Shown piece after piece: positions 10,372-23,618 of a stretch of 64,000 nt of DNA. Made by a program: the position numbers and the translations under genes. Numbering within the stretch: position 1 is the stretch's first letter; each line of letters opens with the position of its first letter. Source of the stretch: Escherichia coli (GTDB lineage Bacteria; Pseudomonadota; Gammaproteobacteria; Enterobacterales; Enterobacteriaceae); NCBI RefSeq assembly GCF_045037415.1, contig NZ_CP173438.1; one strand, 5' to 3'. The notes below the pieces were generated by a model, which ran no database searches, was not told where the DNA came from, and saw nothing but the letters and a program-made list of their open reading frames with translations.

Positions 10372-11955
10372 ATGAATTTAACCCTCAAAGAATCGCTTGT
10401 TACCCGTAGCCGGGTATTTAGCCCGTGGACTGCGTTCTACTTTTTACAGTCGCTATTAATTAACCTCGGCTTAGGTTACCCCTTCAGTTTGCTCTACACC
10501 GCTGCGTTTACGGCTATTTTGCTTTTGCTATGGCGAACATTGCCTCGCGTACAAAAAGTTCTGGTCGGTATCAGTTCGCTGGTGGCGGCTTGTTATTTCC
10601 CTTTTGCTCAGGCCTACGGCGCGCCTAACTTCAATACATTGCTGGCATTGCACTCCACCAATATGGAAGAGTCGACCGAAATCCTGACGATTTTTCCGTG
10701 GTACAGCTACCTGGTCGGCATATTTATTTTTGCGCTCGGCGTAATAGCAATCAGGCGAAAAAAAGAGAGTGAAAAAGCGCGCTGGAATACCTTCGACAGC
10801 CTGTGCCTGGTATTCAGTGTGGCGACATTTTTTGTTGCTCCCGTGCAAAACCTGGCCTGGGGCGGCGTATTTAAACTGAAAGATACTGGCTATCCGGTAT
10901 TTCGTTTTGCTAAGGATGTCATCGTCAATAATAACGAGGTGATTGAAGAGCAAGAACGGATGGCAAAACTTTCCGGAATGAAAGATACCTGGACGGTCAC
11001 TGCCGTTAAGCCGAAGTATCAGACCTATGTGGTGGTGATCGGAGAAAGCGCGCGTCGCGATGCCCTCGGTGCCTTTGGCGGTCACTGGGACAATACCCCG
11101 TTTGCCAGCAGCGTTAACGGTTTGATATTTGCTGACTACATTGCCGCCAGTGGCTCCACGCAGAAATCGCTTGGCTTAACGCTCAATCGCGTTGTCGATG
11201 GCAAACCACAGTTTCAGGATAACTTTGTCACCCTGGCAAATCGCGCGGGCTTCCAGACCTGGTGGTTTTCCAACCAGGGTCAAATCGGCGAATACGATAC
11301 CGCCATCGCCAGCATCGCCAAACGAGCAGATGAAGTGTACTTCCTGAAAGAAGGTAATTTTGAAGCAGATAAAAACACGAAAGACGAAGCGTTACTGGAT
11401 ATGACCGCTCAAGTGCTGGCGCAAGAGCACTCGCAACCGCAGCTGATTGTTCTACATCTGATGGGCTCGCATCCGCAGGCCTGCGACCGGACACAAGGAA
11501 AATACGAAACCTTTGTGCAATCGAAAGAAACGTCGTGCTATCTCTATACCATGACGCAAACAGACGATTTACTGCGCAAGCTGTACGATCAGTTACGCAA
11601 CAGCGGCAGCAGCTTCTCGCTGGTTTACTTTTCTGACCACGGTCTGGCCTTTAAAGAGCGCGGCAAAGACGTGCAATACCTTGCTCATGATGATAAGTAT
11701 CAGCAAAATTTCCAGGTGCCTTTTATGGTCATTTCCAGCGACGATAAAGCGCATCGGGTGATTAAAGCCCGCCGCTCGGCCAATGACTTCTTAGGCTTTT
11801 TCTCGCAGTGGACGGGAATTAAAGCGAAGGAAATAAATATCAAATACCCGTTTATATCTGAAAAGAAAGCCGGGCCGATATACATCACCAACTTCCAGTT
11901 ACAGAAGGTGGATTACAACCATCTCGGAACCGATATTTTCGACCCGAAACCTTAA
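10372..11955 (+). CDS. opgE: phosphoethanolamine transferase (OPG modification)
   Basis: 527 aa; N-terminal TM segments and C-terminal sulfatase-like domain. Confidence 0.9.
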   Translation: MNLTLKESLVTRSRVFSPWTAFYFLQSLLINLGLGYPFSLLYTAAFTAILLLLWRTLPRVQKVLVGISSLVAACYFPFAQAYGAPNFNTLLALHSTNMEESTEILTIFPWYSYLVGIFIFALGVIAIRRKKESEKARWNTFDSLCLVFSVATFFVAPVQNLAWGGVFKLKDTGYPVFRFAKDVIVNNNEVIEEQERMAKLSGMKDTWTVTAVKPKYQTYVVVIGESARRDALGAFGGHWDNTPFASSVNGLIFADYIAASGSTQKSLGLTLNRVVDGKPQFQDNFVTLANRAGFQTWWFSNQGQIGEYDTAIASIAKRADEVYFLKEGNFEADKNTKDEALLDMTAQVLAQEHSQPQLIVLHLMGSHPQACDRTQGKYETFVQSKETSCYLYTMTQTDDLLRKLYDQLRNSGSSFSLVYFSDHGLAFKERGKDVQYLAHDDKYQQNFQVPFMVISSDDKAHRVIKARRSANDFLGFFSQWTGIKAKEINIKYPFISEKKAGPIYITNFQLQKVDYNHLGTDIFDPKP

Positions 11956-11960
11956 AACAA

Positions 11961-11988
11961 AAAAATCCGCCCCGAGAGGCGGATTTTT
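11961..11988. terminator. bidirectional rho-independent terminator shared by opgE and ompX
   Basis: aaaaatccgccccgagaggcggattttt: GC hairpin flanked by A-run and T-run. Confidence 0.85.
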
Positions 11989-12003
11989 ATATCACCGAAG
12001 TGA

Positions 12004-12519
12004 TTAGAAGCGGTAACCAACACCGGCAATCCAGGTGCCTACGTCAACGCTACGAATACGGCTCTGCTCGTAAGAGAAGTCCAGAGCAACGTTTTCCATC
12101 GGGTTGAACTGCAGACCAGCACCGTAGGAGAAACCGTAGTCGCTGGTGTCGTGTTTGTAGGTCGGGTATTCAGTGGTCTGGAATTTACCATAACCCACAC
12201 CCACTACACCGTAGATGCTTGCCCAGTCGTTAATGCGGTAAGCCGGACCAGCAGTGATGCCGTAGTACTGGTTTTTGTTGTAGTCACCAGAGCTTGCAGT
12301 ACGGCTTTTCTCGGTGTAAGTGAAAGAACCGATCACACCCAGCGGGCTGTTGTCTTCTTCATAGCGGTATTTCAGGTTGAAACCGCCCATTTTGTTCATT
12401 TGGCCCTGAGCGTCGCTCTGTGCGTAACCGCCAGTTACAGTAGAAGTCGCAGCTACGGAAGTACCTGCGGTGAAAGCCAGAACTGCGGCCAGTGCTGAAA
12501 CACATGCAATTTTTTTCAT
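12004..12519 (-). CDS. ompX: outer membrane protein X (8-strand beta-barrel)
   Basis: 171 aa from MKKIAC...; signal peptide; C-terminal aromatic residue (…GVGYRF); matches recalled OmpX. Confidence 0.93.
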   Translation of the reverse strand: MKKIACVSALAAVLAFTAGTSVAATSTVTGGYAQSDAQGQMNKMGGFNLKYRYEEDNSPLGVIGSFTYTEKSRTASSGDYNKNQYYGITAGPAYRINDWASIYGVVGVGYGKFQTTEYPTYKHDTSDYGFSYGAGLQFNPMENVALDFSYEQSRIRSVDVGTWIAGVGYRF

Positions 12520-12871
12520 AACCACCTCAAATGTGATTCAAATAAGTCCTAAGTTTTAAATATATCAAAAATTAATGGGAAACTCTTCGCGATTTATGAT
12601 GTCTAACGGGCCATTTCATGTAACAGAACGTTTCCATACACCGCTATCCATCTAAATTTAAATCACTTTTTCAGAGAACTGCGTAAGTATTACGCATATT
12701 TTCCCTGTCATTCATCCAGATTATTCCTAATCACCAGACTAATGATTCCATCAATCCTGGCGCATTTTAGTCAAAACGGGGGAAAATTTTTTCAACAAAT
12801 GCTCAACCAGCATTGGGTATATCCAGTACACTCCACGCTTTACTTAGGTTTAGATATTTGTGGGAGAAAGG

Positions 12872-13759
12872 ATGCCTGGTTCATTACGTAAAATGCCGGT
12901 CTGGTTACCAATAGTCATATTGCTCGTTGCCATGGCGTCTATTCAGGGTGGAGCCTCGTTAGCTAAGTCACTTTTTCCTCTGGTGGGCGCACCGGGTGTC
13001 ACTGCGCTGCGTCTGGCATTAGGCACGCTGATCCTCATCGCGTTCTTTAAGCCATGGCGACTGCGCTTTGCCAAAGAGCAACGATTACCGCTGTTGTTTT
13101 ACGGCGTTTCGCTGGGTGGAATGAATTATCTTTTTTATCTTTCTATTCAGACGGTACCGCTGGGTATTGCGGTGGCGCTGGAGTTCACCGGACCACTGGC
13201 GGTGGCACTGTTCTCTTCTCGTCGCCCGGTAGATTTCGTCTGGGTTGTGCTGGCGGTTCTTGGTCTGTGGTTCCTGCTACCGCTGGGGCAAGACGTTTCC
13301 CATGTCGATTTAACCGGCTGTGCGCTGGCACTGGGGGCCGGGGCTTGTTGGGCTATTTACATTTTAAGTGGGCAACGCGCAGGAGCGGAACATGGCCCTG
13401 CGACGGTGGCAATTGGTTCGTTGATTGCAGCGTTAATTTTCGTCCCAATTGGAGCGCTTCAGGCTGGTGAAGCACTCTGGCACTGGTCGGTTATTCCATT
13501 GGGGCTGGCTGTCGCTATTCTCTCGACCGCTCTGCCTTATTCGCTGGAAATGATTGCCCTCACCCGTTTGCCAACACGCACATTTGGTACGCTAATGAGC
13601 ATGGAACCGGCTCTGGCTGCCGTTTCCGGGATGATTTTCCTCGGAGAAACACTGACCCCCATACAGCTGCTGGCGCTCGGCGCTATCATCGCCGCTTCAA
13701 TGGGTTCTACGCTGACAGTACGCAAAGAGAGCAAAATAAAAGAATTAGACATAAATTAA
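12872..13759 (+). CDS. rhtA: threonine/homoserine exporter (DMT family)
   Basis: 295 aa from MPGSLRKMPVWLP...; 10-TM EamA-like protein; RBS gagaaagg. Confidence 0.9.
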   Translation: MPGSLRKMPVWLPIVILLVAMASIQGGASLAKSLFPLVGAPGVTALRLALGTLILIAFFKPWRLRFAKEQRLPLLFYGVSLGGMNYLFYLSIQTVPLGIAVALEFTGPLAVALFSSRRPVDFVWVVLAVLGLWFLLPLGQDVSHVDLTGCALALGAGACWAIYILSGQRAGAEHGPATVAIGSLIAALIFVPIGALQAGEALWHWSVIPLGLAVAILSTALPYSLEMIALTRLPTRTFGTLMSMEPALAAVSGMIFLGETLTPIQLLALGAIIAASMGSTLTVRKESKIKELDIN

Positions 13760-13768
13760 ATTTACATT

Positions 13769-13801
13769 TCTGCATGGTTATGCATAACCATGCAGATTTT
13801 C
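13769..13801 (+). terminator. rho-independent terminator after rhtA
   Basis: hairpin tctgcatggttatgcataaccatgcaga followed by tttt. Confidence 0.8.
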
Positions 13802-13884
13802 TCGCTACTTTTCCTCTACACCGTCTTTATATATCGAATTATGCAAAAGCATATTTATTCCGAAAATTCCTGGCGAGCAAATAA

Positions 13885-14562
<678 letters not shown>

Positions 14563-14602
14563 ATCCATCGCTGATGGTGCAGAACTTTAGTACACGATAA
14601 AA

Positions 14603-14634
14603 GCGGCTTCCTGACAGGAGGCCGTTTTGTTTTG
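14603..14634 (+). terminator. rho-independent terminator after dps
   Basis: hairpin cggcttcctgacaggaggccg followed by ttttgtttt. Confidence 0.75.
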
Positions 14635-14778
14635 TAGCCCGCCTCAACGCACTTATTTAGTGCATCCATCTGCTATCCCCAGCTGGTTAAGTAAATTTTT
14701 TGTATCCACATCATCACACAATCGTTACATAAAGATTGTTTTTTCATCAGGTTTTACGCTAAATAATCACTGTGTTGA

Positions 14779-14808
14779 GTGCACAATTTTAGCGCACCAG
14801 TTTGGTGC
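14779..14808. promoter_or_regulatory. NtrC binding sites upstream of glnHp2
   Basis: overlapping TGCACCA-N3-TGGTGCA-like dyads (gtgcacaattttagcgcaccagtttggtgcc). Confidence 0.6.
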
Positions 14809-14894
14809 CCCAGAATGGTGCATCTTCAGGGTATTGCCCTATAAATCGTGCATCACGTTTTTGCCGCATCTCGAAAAATCAATGAGTTGCAAAA

Positions 14895-14910
14895 CTGGCA
14901 CGATTTTTTC
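14895..14910 (+). promoter_or_regulatory. sigma-54 promoter glnHp2
   Basis: TGGCAC-gattt-TTTCA matches the -24/-12 consensus TGGCAC-N5-TTGCW, about 55 nt upstream of glnH. Confidence 0.7.
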
Positions 14911-14950
14911 ATATATGTGAATGTCACGCAGGGGATCGTCCCGTGGATAG

Positions 14951-15712
<762 letters not shown>

Positions 15713-15745
15713 TAACGCTGCGCCTGTAAAGCGCACTGGCAGTTC

Positions 15746-15766
15746 CCTCTCCCCGCCGGGGAGAGG
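15746..15766 (+). terminator. intra-operon hairpin between glnH and glnP
   Basis: inverted repeat cctctccccgccggggagagg; no strong T-run, so probably a partial terminator or stabiliser. Confidence 0.45.
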
Positions 15767-15850
15767 ATTAGGGTGAAGGGCGCAAACCCGCTCCGGGGCC
15801 ATTAATTACCCTGAATTTGATTATTTACACCACGGTAACAGGAACAACAT

Positions 15851-16510
15851 ATGCAGTTTGACTGGAGTGCCATCTGGCCTGCCATTCCGCTTCTGATTGA
15901 AGGTGCCAAAATGACCCTGTGGATTTCGGTCCTCGGTCTGGCTGGCGGTCTGGTGATCGGATTGTTGGCAGGTTTTGCACGCACCTTCGGTGGTTGGATA
16001 GCCAACCACGTCGCGCTGGTCTTTATTGAAGTGATCCGCGGCACACCTATCGTCGTCCAGGTGATGTTTATCTATTTCGCCCTGCCGATGGCGTTTAACG
16101 ATTTACGCATCGACCCGTTTACTGCGGCGGTGGTCACCATCATGATCAACTCCGGCGCGTACATTGCGGAAATCACGCGTGGTGCGGTGCTGTCTATTCA
16201 CAAAGGTTTTCGTGAAGCAGGACTGGCGCTCGGTCTTTCACGTTGGGAAACCATTCGCTACGTCATTTTACCGCTGGCACTGCGTCGTATGCTGCCGCCG
16301 CTGGGTAACCAGTGGATCATCAGCATTAAAGACACTTCGCTGTTTATTGTTATCGGCGTGGCGGAACTGACCCGTCAGGGGCAAGAAATTATTGCCGGTA
16401 ACTTCCGCGCCCTTGAGATCTGGAGCGCCGTGGCGGTGTTCTATCTGATTATTACCCTGGTGCTGAGCTTTATTCTGCGTCGTCTGGAAAGAAGGATGAA
16501 AATCCTGTGA
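15851..16510 (+). CDS. glnP: glutamine ABC transporter permease
   Basis: 219 aa; ABC permease EAA-like loop; operon position. Confidence 0.95.
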
Positions 16511-17229
16511 TTGAATTTAAAAACGTCTCCAAGCATTTTGGTCCAACCCAGGTGCTGCACAATATCGATTTGAACATTGCTCAGGGCGAAGTCGTGGTGA
16601 TTATCGGGCCGTCCGGTTCCGGTAAATCGACCCTGCTGCGCTGCATCAACAAACTGGAAGAAATCACCTCCGGCGATCTGATTGTCGATGGCCTGAAGGT
16701 TAACGATCCGAAAGTTGATGAGCGCCTGATTCGCCAGGAAGCGGGTATGGTGTTCCAGCAGTTTTACCTCTTCCCGCATCTGACGGCGCTGGAAAACGTC
16801 ATGTTTGGCCCGCTACGCGTGCGTGGCGCGAATAAAGAAGAGGCGGAAAAACTGGCGCGTGAGCTGCTGGCGAAAGTCGGTCTGGCAGAGCGTGCACATC
16901 ACTACCCTTCCGAACTTTCTGGTGGTCAACAGCAGCGTGTGGCGATTGCCCGCGCGCTGGCGGTGAAGCCGAAAATGATGCTGTTTGATGAACCGACTTC
17001 CGCTCTTGACCCGGAACTGCGCCATGAAGTGCTGAAGGTTATGCAGGATCTGGCTGAAGAAGGGATGACGATGGTGATCGTGACCCACGAAATCGGTTTT
17101 GCCGAGAAAGTAGCTTCGCGCCTGATCTTTATCGACAAAGGCCGGATTGCAGAAGATGGCGATCCGCAGGTGTTGATCAAGAACCCGCCGAGCCAGCGCT
17201 TGCAGGAATTTTTGCAGCACGTCTCTTAA
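16507..17229 (+). CDS. glnQ: glutamine ABC transporter ATP-binding protein
   Basis: 240 aa; Walker [10 protein letters not shown] and signature LSGGQQQR; start overlaps glnP stop. Confidence 0.95.
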
Positions 17230-17345
17230 CTTCTCTGCCTCCCTTTCCCCCGAAAGGGAGGCACACCAGATTCCTCTCATTTAAAATTGCCTCTCCCCCA
17301 GCATCTATACTTATCTTTTTGCTCTGTTTTCTCACTGGAGGAGTC

Positions 17346-19571
17346 ATGCGGTGGATCCTGTTCATCCTCTTCTGCCTGCTGGGCGCACCTGCCCACGCGG
17401 TATCCATACCCGGCGTTACAACCACAACGACAACGGACTCAACGACTGAACCGGCCCCGGAACCGGATATCGAACAAAAAAAAGCGGCCTATGGCGCACT
17501 GGCGGATGTGCTGGATAATGACACCTCGCGTAAAGAGTTGATCGACCAGTTGCGCACCGTCGCCGCGACGCCCCCTGCGGAACCGGTACCGAAGATCGTG
17601 CCGCCGACGCTGGTTGAAGAGCAAACCGTGCTGCAAAAGGTCACCGAAGTCAGCCGCCATTATGGTGAAGCCCTTTCCGCCCGCTTCGGGCAACTTTATC
17701 GCAATATCACCGGCTCCCCGCATAAGCCGTTTAATCCACAAACCTTCAGCAATGCGCTGACCCACTTTTCAATGTTAGCGGTATTAGTGTTTGGTTTTTA
17801 CTGGCTGATTCGTCTGTGCGCACTGCCGCTGTATTGCAAAATGGGCCAGTGGGCGCGGCAAAAAAATCGTGAGCGCAGTAACTGGTTGCAGCTTCCGGCG
17901 ATGATCATCGGGGCGTTTATTATCGACCTGCTGTTACTGGCACTGACATTATTTGTCGGCCAGGTATTAAGCGACAACCTGAATGCGGGCAGTCGCACCA
18001 TCGCTTTCCAACAAAGTTTGTTTCTCAACGCCTTTGCCCTGATTGAATTTTTCAAAACCGTACTACGCCTGATTTTTTGCCCAAACGTAGCTGAACTGCG
18101 CCCGTTCACGATTCATGACGAGACCGCCCGTTACTGGAGTCGTCGCCTGAGCTGGTTAAGCAGCCTGATTGGCTATGGTCTGATTGTGGCTGTGCCGATT
18201 ATCTCTAATCAGGTGAATGTACAGATAGGTGCGCTGGCGAACGTCATCATTATGCTGTGCATGACCGTCTGGGCGTTGTACCTGATTTTTCGTAATAAAA
18301 AAGAGATCACCCAGCATTTGCTCAACTTTGCGGAGCATTCGCTGGCCTTTTTCAGCCTGTTTATCCGCGCCTTTGCACTGGTGTGGCACTGGCTGGCAAG
18401 CGCCTATTTTATCGTGCTGTTTTTCTTTTCGTTGTTCGATCCGGGCAACAGCCTGAAATTTATGATGGGTGCAACGGTGCGCAGCCTGGCGATTATTGGT
18501 ATCGCAGCATTTGTTTCCGGTATGTTTTCCCGCTGGCTGGCGAAAACCATCACCCTCTCGCCACATACTCAGCGAAATTATCCGGAGCTGCAAAAACGGC
18601 TGAATGGATGGCTTTCGGCGGCACTGAAAACAGCGCGTATTCTGACAGTCTGCGTGGCGGTAATGCTGCTGTTGAGCGCATGGGGATTGTTCGATTTCTG
18701 GAACTGGCTGCAAAACGGTGCGGGGCAGAAAACCGTAGATATCCTGATCCGTATCGCACTCATTCTTTTCTTCTCGGCGGTTGGCTGGACGGTGCTCGCC
18801 AGTTTGATAGAAAACCGGCTGGCTTCGGATATTCATGGCCGCCCGCTACCCAGCGCCCGTACGCGTACCCTGCTAACGCTGTTCCGTAACGCGCTGGCGG
18901 TGATTATCAGTACCATCACCATCATGATTGTGTTGTCGGAAATCGGCGTCAATATCGCGCCATTGCTGGCAGGTGCCGGTGCATTGGGACTGGCTATCTC
19001 TTTTGGTTCGCAAACGCTGGTGAAAGATATTATCACCGGGGTATTTATTCAGTTTGAAAACGGCATGAACACTGGAGATTTGGTGACTATCGGGCCGTTG
19101 ACCGGCACTGTGGAACGGATGTCAATTCGCTCCGTGGGCGTGCGCCAGGATACCGGGGCGTATCACATCATTCCGTGGTCTTCGATAACCACCTTTGCTA
19201 ACTTCGTCCGCGGTATTGGTTCGGTAGTGGCAAACTACGATGTTGATCGCCATGAAGATGCTGATAAAGCCAATCAGGCACTGAAAGATGCGGTAGCAGA
19301 ATTGATGGAAAACGAAGAAATTCGCGGGCTGGTTATTGGTGAACCGAATTTTGCCGGGATTGTCGGCTTAAGCAATACCGCGTTTACACTGCGTGTTTCG
19401 TTCACCACGCTGCCACTCAAACAGTGGACGGTACGCTTTGCCCTCGACAGCCAGGTGAAAAAACATTTCGACCTGGCGGGTGTTCGCGCGCCGGTGCAGA
19501 CTTATCAGGTGCTGCCAGCTCCGGGCGCGGCCCCGGCTGAACCGTTGCCGCCGGGGGAGCCAACGCTTTAA
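17346..19571 (+). CDS. ybiO: MscS-family mechanosensitive channel (MscK-like)
   Basis: 741 aa from MRWILFILF...; signal peptide, multiple TM segments, C-terminal MscS domain. Confidence 0.9.
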
Positions 19572-20494
19572 CGCTGGCGATTGACAAAACGGCGGCGCTG
19601 CTCGTCGTTCATAAAGGTCCAGGCTATAAAGCGGCTCTGCTTTTGCCCCTGGGCCATCTCTTTTTTTACCACCTTCACCGCACCTACGTCCGTCAAAGCA
19701 CGATACAACGGCGGTAAGTTTTCACCACGAGATACCAGCGAGGTAAACCACATCACCTGCTTCGCGAAGCCTTTGCTCTCTTCAATCATCTTTTTGATAA
19801 AAGCGACCTCACCGCCTTCACACCACAACTCCTGTTGCTGACCACCAAAGTTCAGTGCATCGTCTTTGTTCAGCCCCAGGTTACGGCGTTTACGTTCACT
19901 ACCTGCCCGTGCCGCAGCGGCGGAATCGTGGAATGGCGGGTTACACAAGGTCGCATCGTATTGCTCGTTTTTATGGATGATGCCGTTAAAAATCGCCCCA
20001 CTCTCTTTTTGCCGACGCAGACGAATGGCGCGGTTAAGCCCCGGATTAGCACTGATGATCGCCTGCGCACTGCTTAACGCCTGGCTGCTGGTTTCACTAC
20101 CGGTAAAACGCCAGCCATATTCATGTACGCCAATCAGCGGATAAATACAGTTCGCACCAACGCCGATATCCAGAATGCTGGCATTAGCTGGAATTGTTCC
20201 GCTTGCTTCGGCCAGTAAATCGGCAAGGTGATGAATATAATCCGCCCGGCCCGGTACTGGTGGGCAGAGAAAACCGTCCGGGATATCCCAGTTCGCTACG
20301 GCGTAAAAATGGGCCAGCAACGCCTTATTGAGCGCCTTCACCGCCAGCGGATTGGCAAAGTCTACGCTTTGCTCCCCGGCGGGTGTAAGCGTGAGGAATT
20401 GCCTGAGTTCAGGATTGACCTGACAAAGCGTGGCGAGATCGTAGCGGCTGTGATGACGGTTGCGCGGATGCAACCCCGGTTTCTGGGCGGACAT
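19568..20494 (-). CDS. rlmF: 23S rRNA m6A1618 methyltransferase
   Basis: 308 aa from [15 protein letters not shown]...; SAM-MTase with NPPF motif (CNPPFH); 3' end overlaps ybiO stop. Confidence 0.88.
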
Positions 20495-20769
20495 AGCATT
20501 CTCCTTTAAGCAGCGGCGTAAGATACCCGCATAACGCGACAGGGTAAATATCTGGCTGCGTTTATCATTTCTAAAAACCTTCACATGGCTATGGTTTATG
20601 GCAATTCACCATAAAAAACATCATCATGCATGTCATTGATTTGTCTTATTTTGTAAAAACACATCGTTCAAAAAATAAGCGCATCTCTGTCAATTTTTTG
20701 CGTCATTTTCATCGCGCAGGCGACCTACACTTATCTGGCACTACCCGTTGTATTTATGAGGATGTCATT

Positions 20770-21030
20770 ATGAAAAAGTGCCTCACACTACTGATTGCCA
20801 CCGTCCTGAGCGGAATCTCTCTCACGGCTTATGCCGCGCAACCGATGAGTAACCTGGACAGTGGTCAACTACGGCCCGCCGGTACCGTTTCGGCAACTGG
20901 CGCATCAAACCTAAGCGATCTGGAGGATAAACTGGCAGAAAAAGCGCGCGAACAAGGCGCGAAAGGTTATGTCATTAATTCCGCAGGCGGAAATGACCAG
21001 ATGTTCGGTACTGCAATCATCTACAAATAA
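20770..21030 (+). CDS. mcbA: DUF1471/YdgH-family periplasmic protein (biofilm-related)
   Basis: 86 aa from MKKCLTLLIA...; signal peptide; C-terminal GTAIIYK motif; paralogous to ybiJ. Confidence 0.85.
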   Translation: MKKCLTLLIATVLSGISLTAYAAQPMSNLDSGQLRPAGTVSATGASNLSDLEDKLAEKAREQGAKGYVINSAGGNDQMFGTAIIYK

Positions 21031-21165
21031 CCCCACCAACGTAACTGCATTCGCCTCTGGATGCAGTTTTCGTCCAATTTGTAAGCAAAAAACATCAAAT
21101 ATGAACGCAATGTAAATAAATGTATTTCTTTTTCGCGCAATGGGTGATAGAAAATCGCGCCAAGT

Positions 21166-21192
21166 GATAATGCTTATCAATATTATTATCAC
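21166..21192. promoter_or_regulatory. Fur box in the fiu promoter
   Basis: GATAATGCTTATCAATATTATTATC resembles Fur consensus GATAATGATAATCATTATC; about 100 nt upstream of fiu. Confidence 0.7.
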
Positions 21193-21294
21193 TTGCACGT
21201 ACGCTATCACGGGATTAACAGTGGCATCGCATCCGCAGAGATGCTTTCTCGTGACAGTGAAAATTTCACCATATAAGAAAAAGTCACCTGCAAA

Positions 21295-23577
21295 ATGGAA
21301 AACAATCGCAATTTCCCTGCCAGACAATTTCATTCGCTCACGTTCTTTGCCGGTCTTTGTATTGGTATTACGCCTGTGGCACAGGCACTCGCTGCCGAAG
21401 GGCAAGCTAACGCGGATGACACGCTGGTTGTCGAAGCATCAACGCCTTCGCTTTATGCGCCACAAAAATCTGCCGATCCGAAATTCTCGCGTCCGGTAGC
21501 GGATACTACCCGCACGATGACAGTGATTTCTGAACAAGTGATTAAAGATCAGGGTGCAACCAACCTTACCGACGCGCTCAAAAACGTCCCCGGCGTGGGT
21601 GCGTTTTTTGCGGGTGAGAACGGTAACTCCACCACTGGCGACGCCATTTATATGCGCGGTGCCGATACCTCTAACAGTATTTATATCGATGGCATTCGCG
21701 ATATCGGCAGCGTCTCGCGCGACACCTTCAATACCGAGCAGGTCGAAGTAATTAAAGGGCCGTCCGGCACCGACTACGGGCGCAGCGCACCGACAGGCTC
21801 GATCAATATGATCAGCAAACAGCCGCGCAATGATTCCGGCATTGACGCCTCCGCCAGTATTGGCAGCGCCTGGTTCCGCCGCGGCACGCTGGACGTCAAT
21901 CAGGTCATTGGTGATACCACTGCGGTGCGCCTGAATGTAATGGGCGAAAAAACGCACGATGCCGGACGCGACAAAGTCAAAAATGAGCGTTACGGCGTCG
22001 CCCCTTCTGTCGCTTTTGGCCTTGGTACAGCGAATCGTTTGTATCTTAATTATCTGCATGTCACCCAGCACAACACGCCAGACGGCGGCATTCCGACCAT
22101 CGGTTTACCGGGTTTTTCTGCCCCATCTGCGGGAACAGCGGCCCTGAATCATTCCGGAAAAGTTGATACGCATAACTTTTACGGCACGGATTCCGATTAC
22201 GACGATTCGACCACCGACACCGCTACCATGCGTTTTGAGCACGACATCAACGATAACACCACCATTCGCAACACTACGCGTTGGTCGCGCGTAAAGCAGG
22301 ATTACCTGATGACGGCGATTATGGGTGGAGCGTCGAATATTACCCAGCCCACCAGCGATGTGAATAGCTGGACGTGGTCACGCACGGCGAATACCAAAGA
22401 TGTGAGTAACAAAATTCTCACCAACCAGACCAACCTGACCTCGACGTTCTATACCGGCGCTATCGGTCATGATGTCAGTACCGGCGTGGAATTTACCCGC
22501 GAAACACAGACTAACTATGGCGTTAATCCGGTGACGTTACCGACGGTAAATATTTATCATCCTGACAGCAGCATTCATCCCGGCGGCCTGACGCGCAACG
22601 GCGCAAACGCCAATGGTCAGACGGATACCTTCGCAATTTATGCCTTCGATACGCTGCAAATCACCCGTGATTTTGAGCTGAACGGTGGGATCCGTCTGGA
22701 TAATTATCATACTGAATATGACAGTGCCACCGCCTGCGGCGGCAGCGGGCGCGGTGCCATCACCTGCCCTGCTGGCGTGGCAAAAGGTTCTCCGGTAACC
22801 ACCGTCGACACCGCCAAGTCGGGCAATCTGGTGAACTGGAAAGCCGGGGCGCTGTATCACCTGACGGAAAACGGCAATGTTTATATTAACTATGCCGTTT
22901 CCCAGCAGCCGCCGGGCGGCAACAACTTCGCCCTTGCGCAGTCTGGCAGCGGTAACAGTGCCAACCGCACCGATTTTAAACCGCAAAAAGCCAACACCAG
23001 CGAGATTGGCACCAAATGGCAGGTTCTGGATAAACGCCTGCTACTTACCGCCGCGCTGTTCCGTACTGATATTGAAAATGAAGTTGAGCAAAATGATGAT
23101 GGGACTTATTCGCAATATGGTAAGAAACGTGTCGAAGGCTATGAGATATCCGTGGCCGGGAATATCACCCCCGCGTGGCAGATGATTGGCGGCTATACCC
23201 AGCAAAAAGCAACTATCAAAAACGGCAAAGATGTTGCCCAGGATGGTTCCTCATCGCTGCCGTATACCCCGGAACACGCCTTCACCTTATGGAGCCAGTA
23301 TCAGGCAACCGATGATATTTCTGTTGGTGCGGGCGCACGGTATATCGGCAGTATGCATAAAGGTTCAGACGGCGCGGTGGGAACGCCAGCATTTACCGAA
23401 GGTTATTGGGTCGCCGACGCCAAACTGGGGTATCGGGTTAATCGCAATCTCGACTTCCAGCTAAACGTCTACAACCTGTTTGATACCGATTACGTCGCCT
23501 CAATCAATAAGAGCGGCTACCGTTATCACCCGGGCGAGCCAAGAACCTTCTTGCTCACAGCCAATATGCATTTCTGA
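21295..23577 (+). CDS. fiu: TonB-dependent catecholate siderophore receptor
   Basis: 760 aa; signal peptide; plug plus beta-barrel; C-terminal Phe. Confidence 0.93.
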   Translation: MENNRNFPARQFHSLTFFAGLCIGITPVAQALAAEGQANADDTLVVEASTPSLYAPQKSADPKFSRPVADTTRTMTVISEQVIKDQGATNLTDALKNVPGVGAFFAGENGNSTTGDAIYMRGADTSNSIYIDGIRDIGSVSRDTFNTEQVEVIKGPSGTDYGRSAPTGSINMISKQPRNDSGIDASASIGSAWFRRGTLDVNQVIGDTTAVRLNVMGEKTHDAGRDKVKNERYGVAPSVAFGLGTANRLYLNYLHVTQHNTPDGGIPTIGLPGFSAPSAGTAALNHSGKVDTHNFYGTDSDYDDSTTDTATMRFEHDINDNTTIRNTTRWSRVKQDYLMTAIMGGASNITQPTSDVNSWTWSRTANTKDVSNKILTNQTNLTSTFYTGAIGHDVSTGVEFTRETQTNYGVNPVTLPTVNIYHPDSSIHPGGLTRNGANANGQTDTFAIYAFDTLQITRDFELNGGIRLDNYHTEYDSATACGGSGRGAITCPAGVAKGSPVTTVDTAKSGNLVNWKAGALYHLTENGNVYINYAVSQQPPGGNNFALAQSGSGNSANRTDFKPQKANTSEIGTKWQVLDKRLLLTAALFRTDIENEVEQNDDGTYSQYGKKRVEGYEISVAGNITPAWQMIGGYTQQKATIKNGKDVAQDGSSSLPYTPEHAFTLWSQYQATDDISVGAGARYIGSMHKGSDGAVGTPAFTEGYWVADAKLGYRVNRNLDFQLNVYNLFDTDYVASINKSGYRYHPGEPRTFLLTANMHF

Positions 23578-23584
23578 TTCAGAT

Positions 23585-23607
23585 GTGGGGCGCAGGCCCC
23601 ACTTTTT
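23585..23607 (+). terminator. hairpin with T-run between fiu and ybiX (intra-operon attenuator)
   Basis: gtggggcgcaggccccac followed by ttttt, 12 nt before the ybiX start. Confidence 0.6.
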
Positions 23608-23618
23608 GGAGAACTTGT

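Noticed and set aside
10528-11085. 185-aa ORF antisense to opgE
   Set aside because: Embedded in the opgE coding region with no independent support.
17237-17262. Hairpin gcctccctttcccccgaaagggaggc after glnQ as a classical intrinsic terminator
   Set aside because: The stem is strong but is not followed by a T-run; kept as a possible terminator/stabiliser only, so not listed as a confident terminator feature.
18156-18836. 226-aa ORF antisense to ybiO (and same-strand alternate frame 18383..18889)
   Set aside because: Embedded in the ybiO coding sequence; low-complexity Cys/Arg/Gln-rich translation and no start-site signals.
20911-21405. 164-aa ORF on the minus strand in the mcbA-fiu intergenic region
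   Set aside because: It spans the fiu promoter and Fur box and the mcbA terminator, has no RBS and no recognisable domain, and overlaps real genes at both ends.
21439-22071. 210-aa ORF antisense to fiu
   Set aside because: It lies entirely within and antisense to a well-supported TonB-dependent receptor gene; Gly/Ala/Arg-rich composition typical of antisense frames in GC-rich coding DNA.
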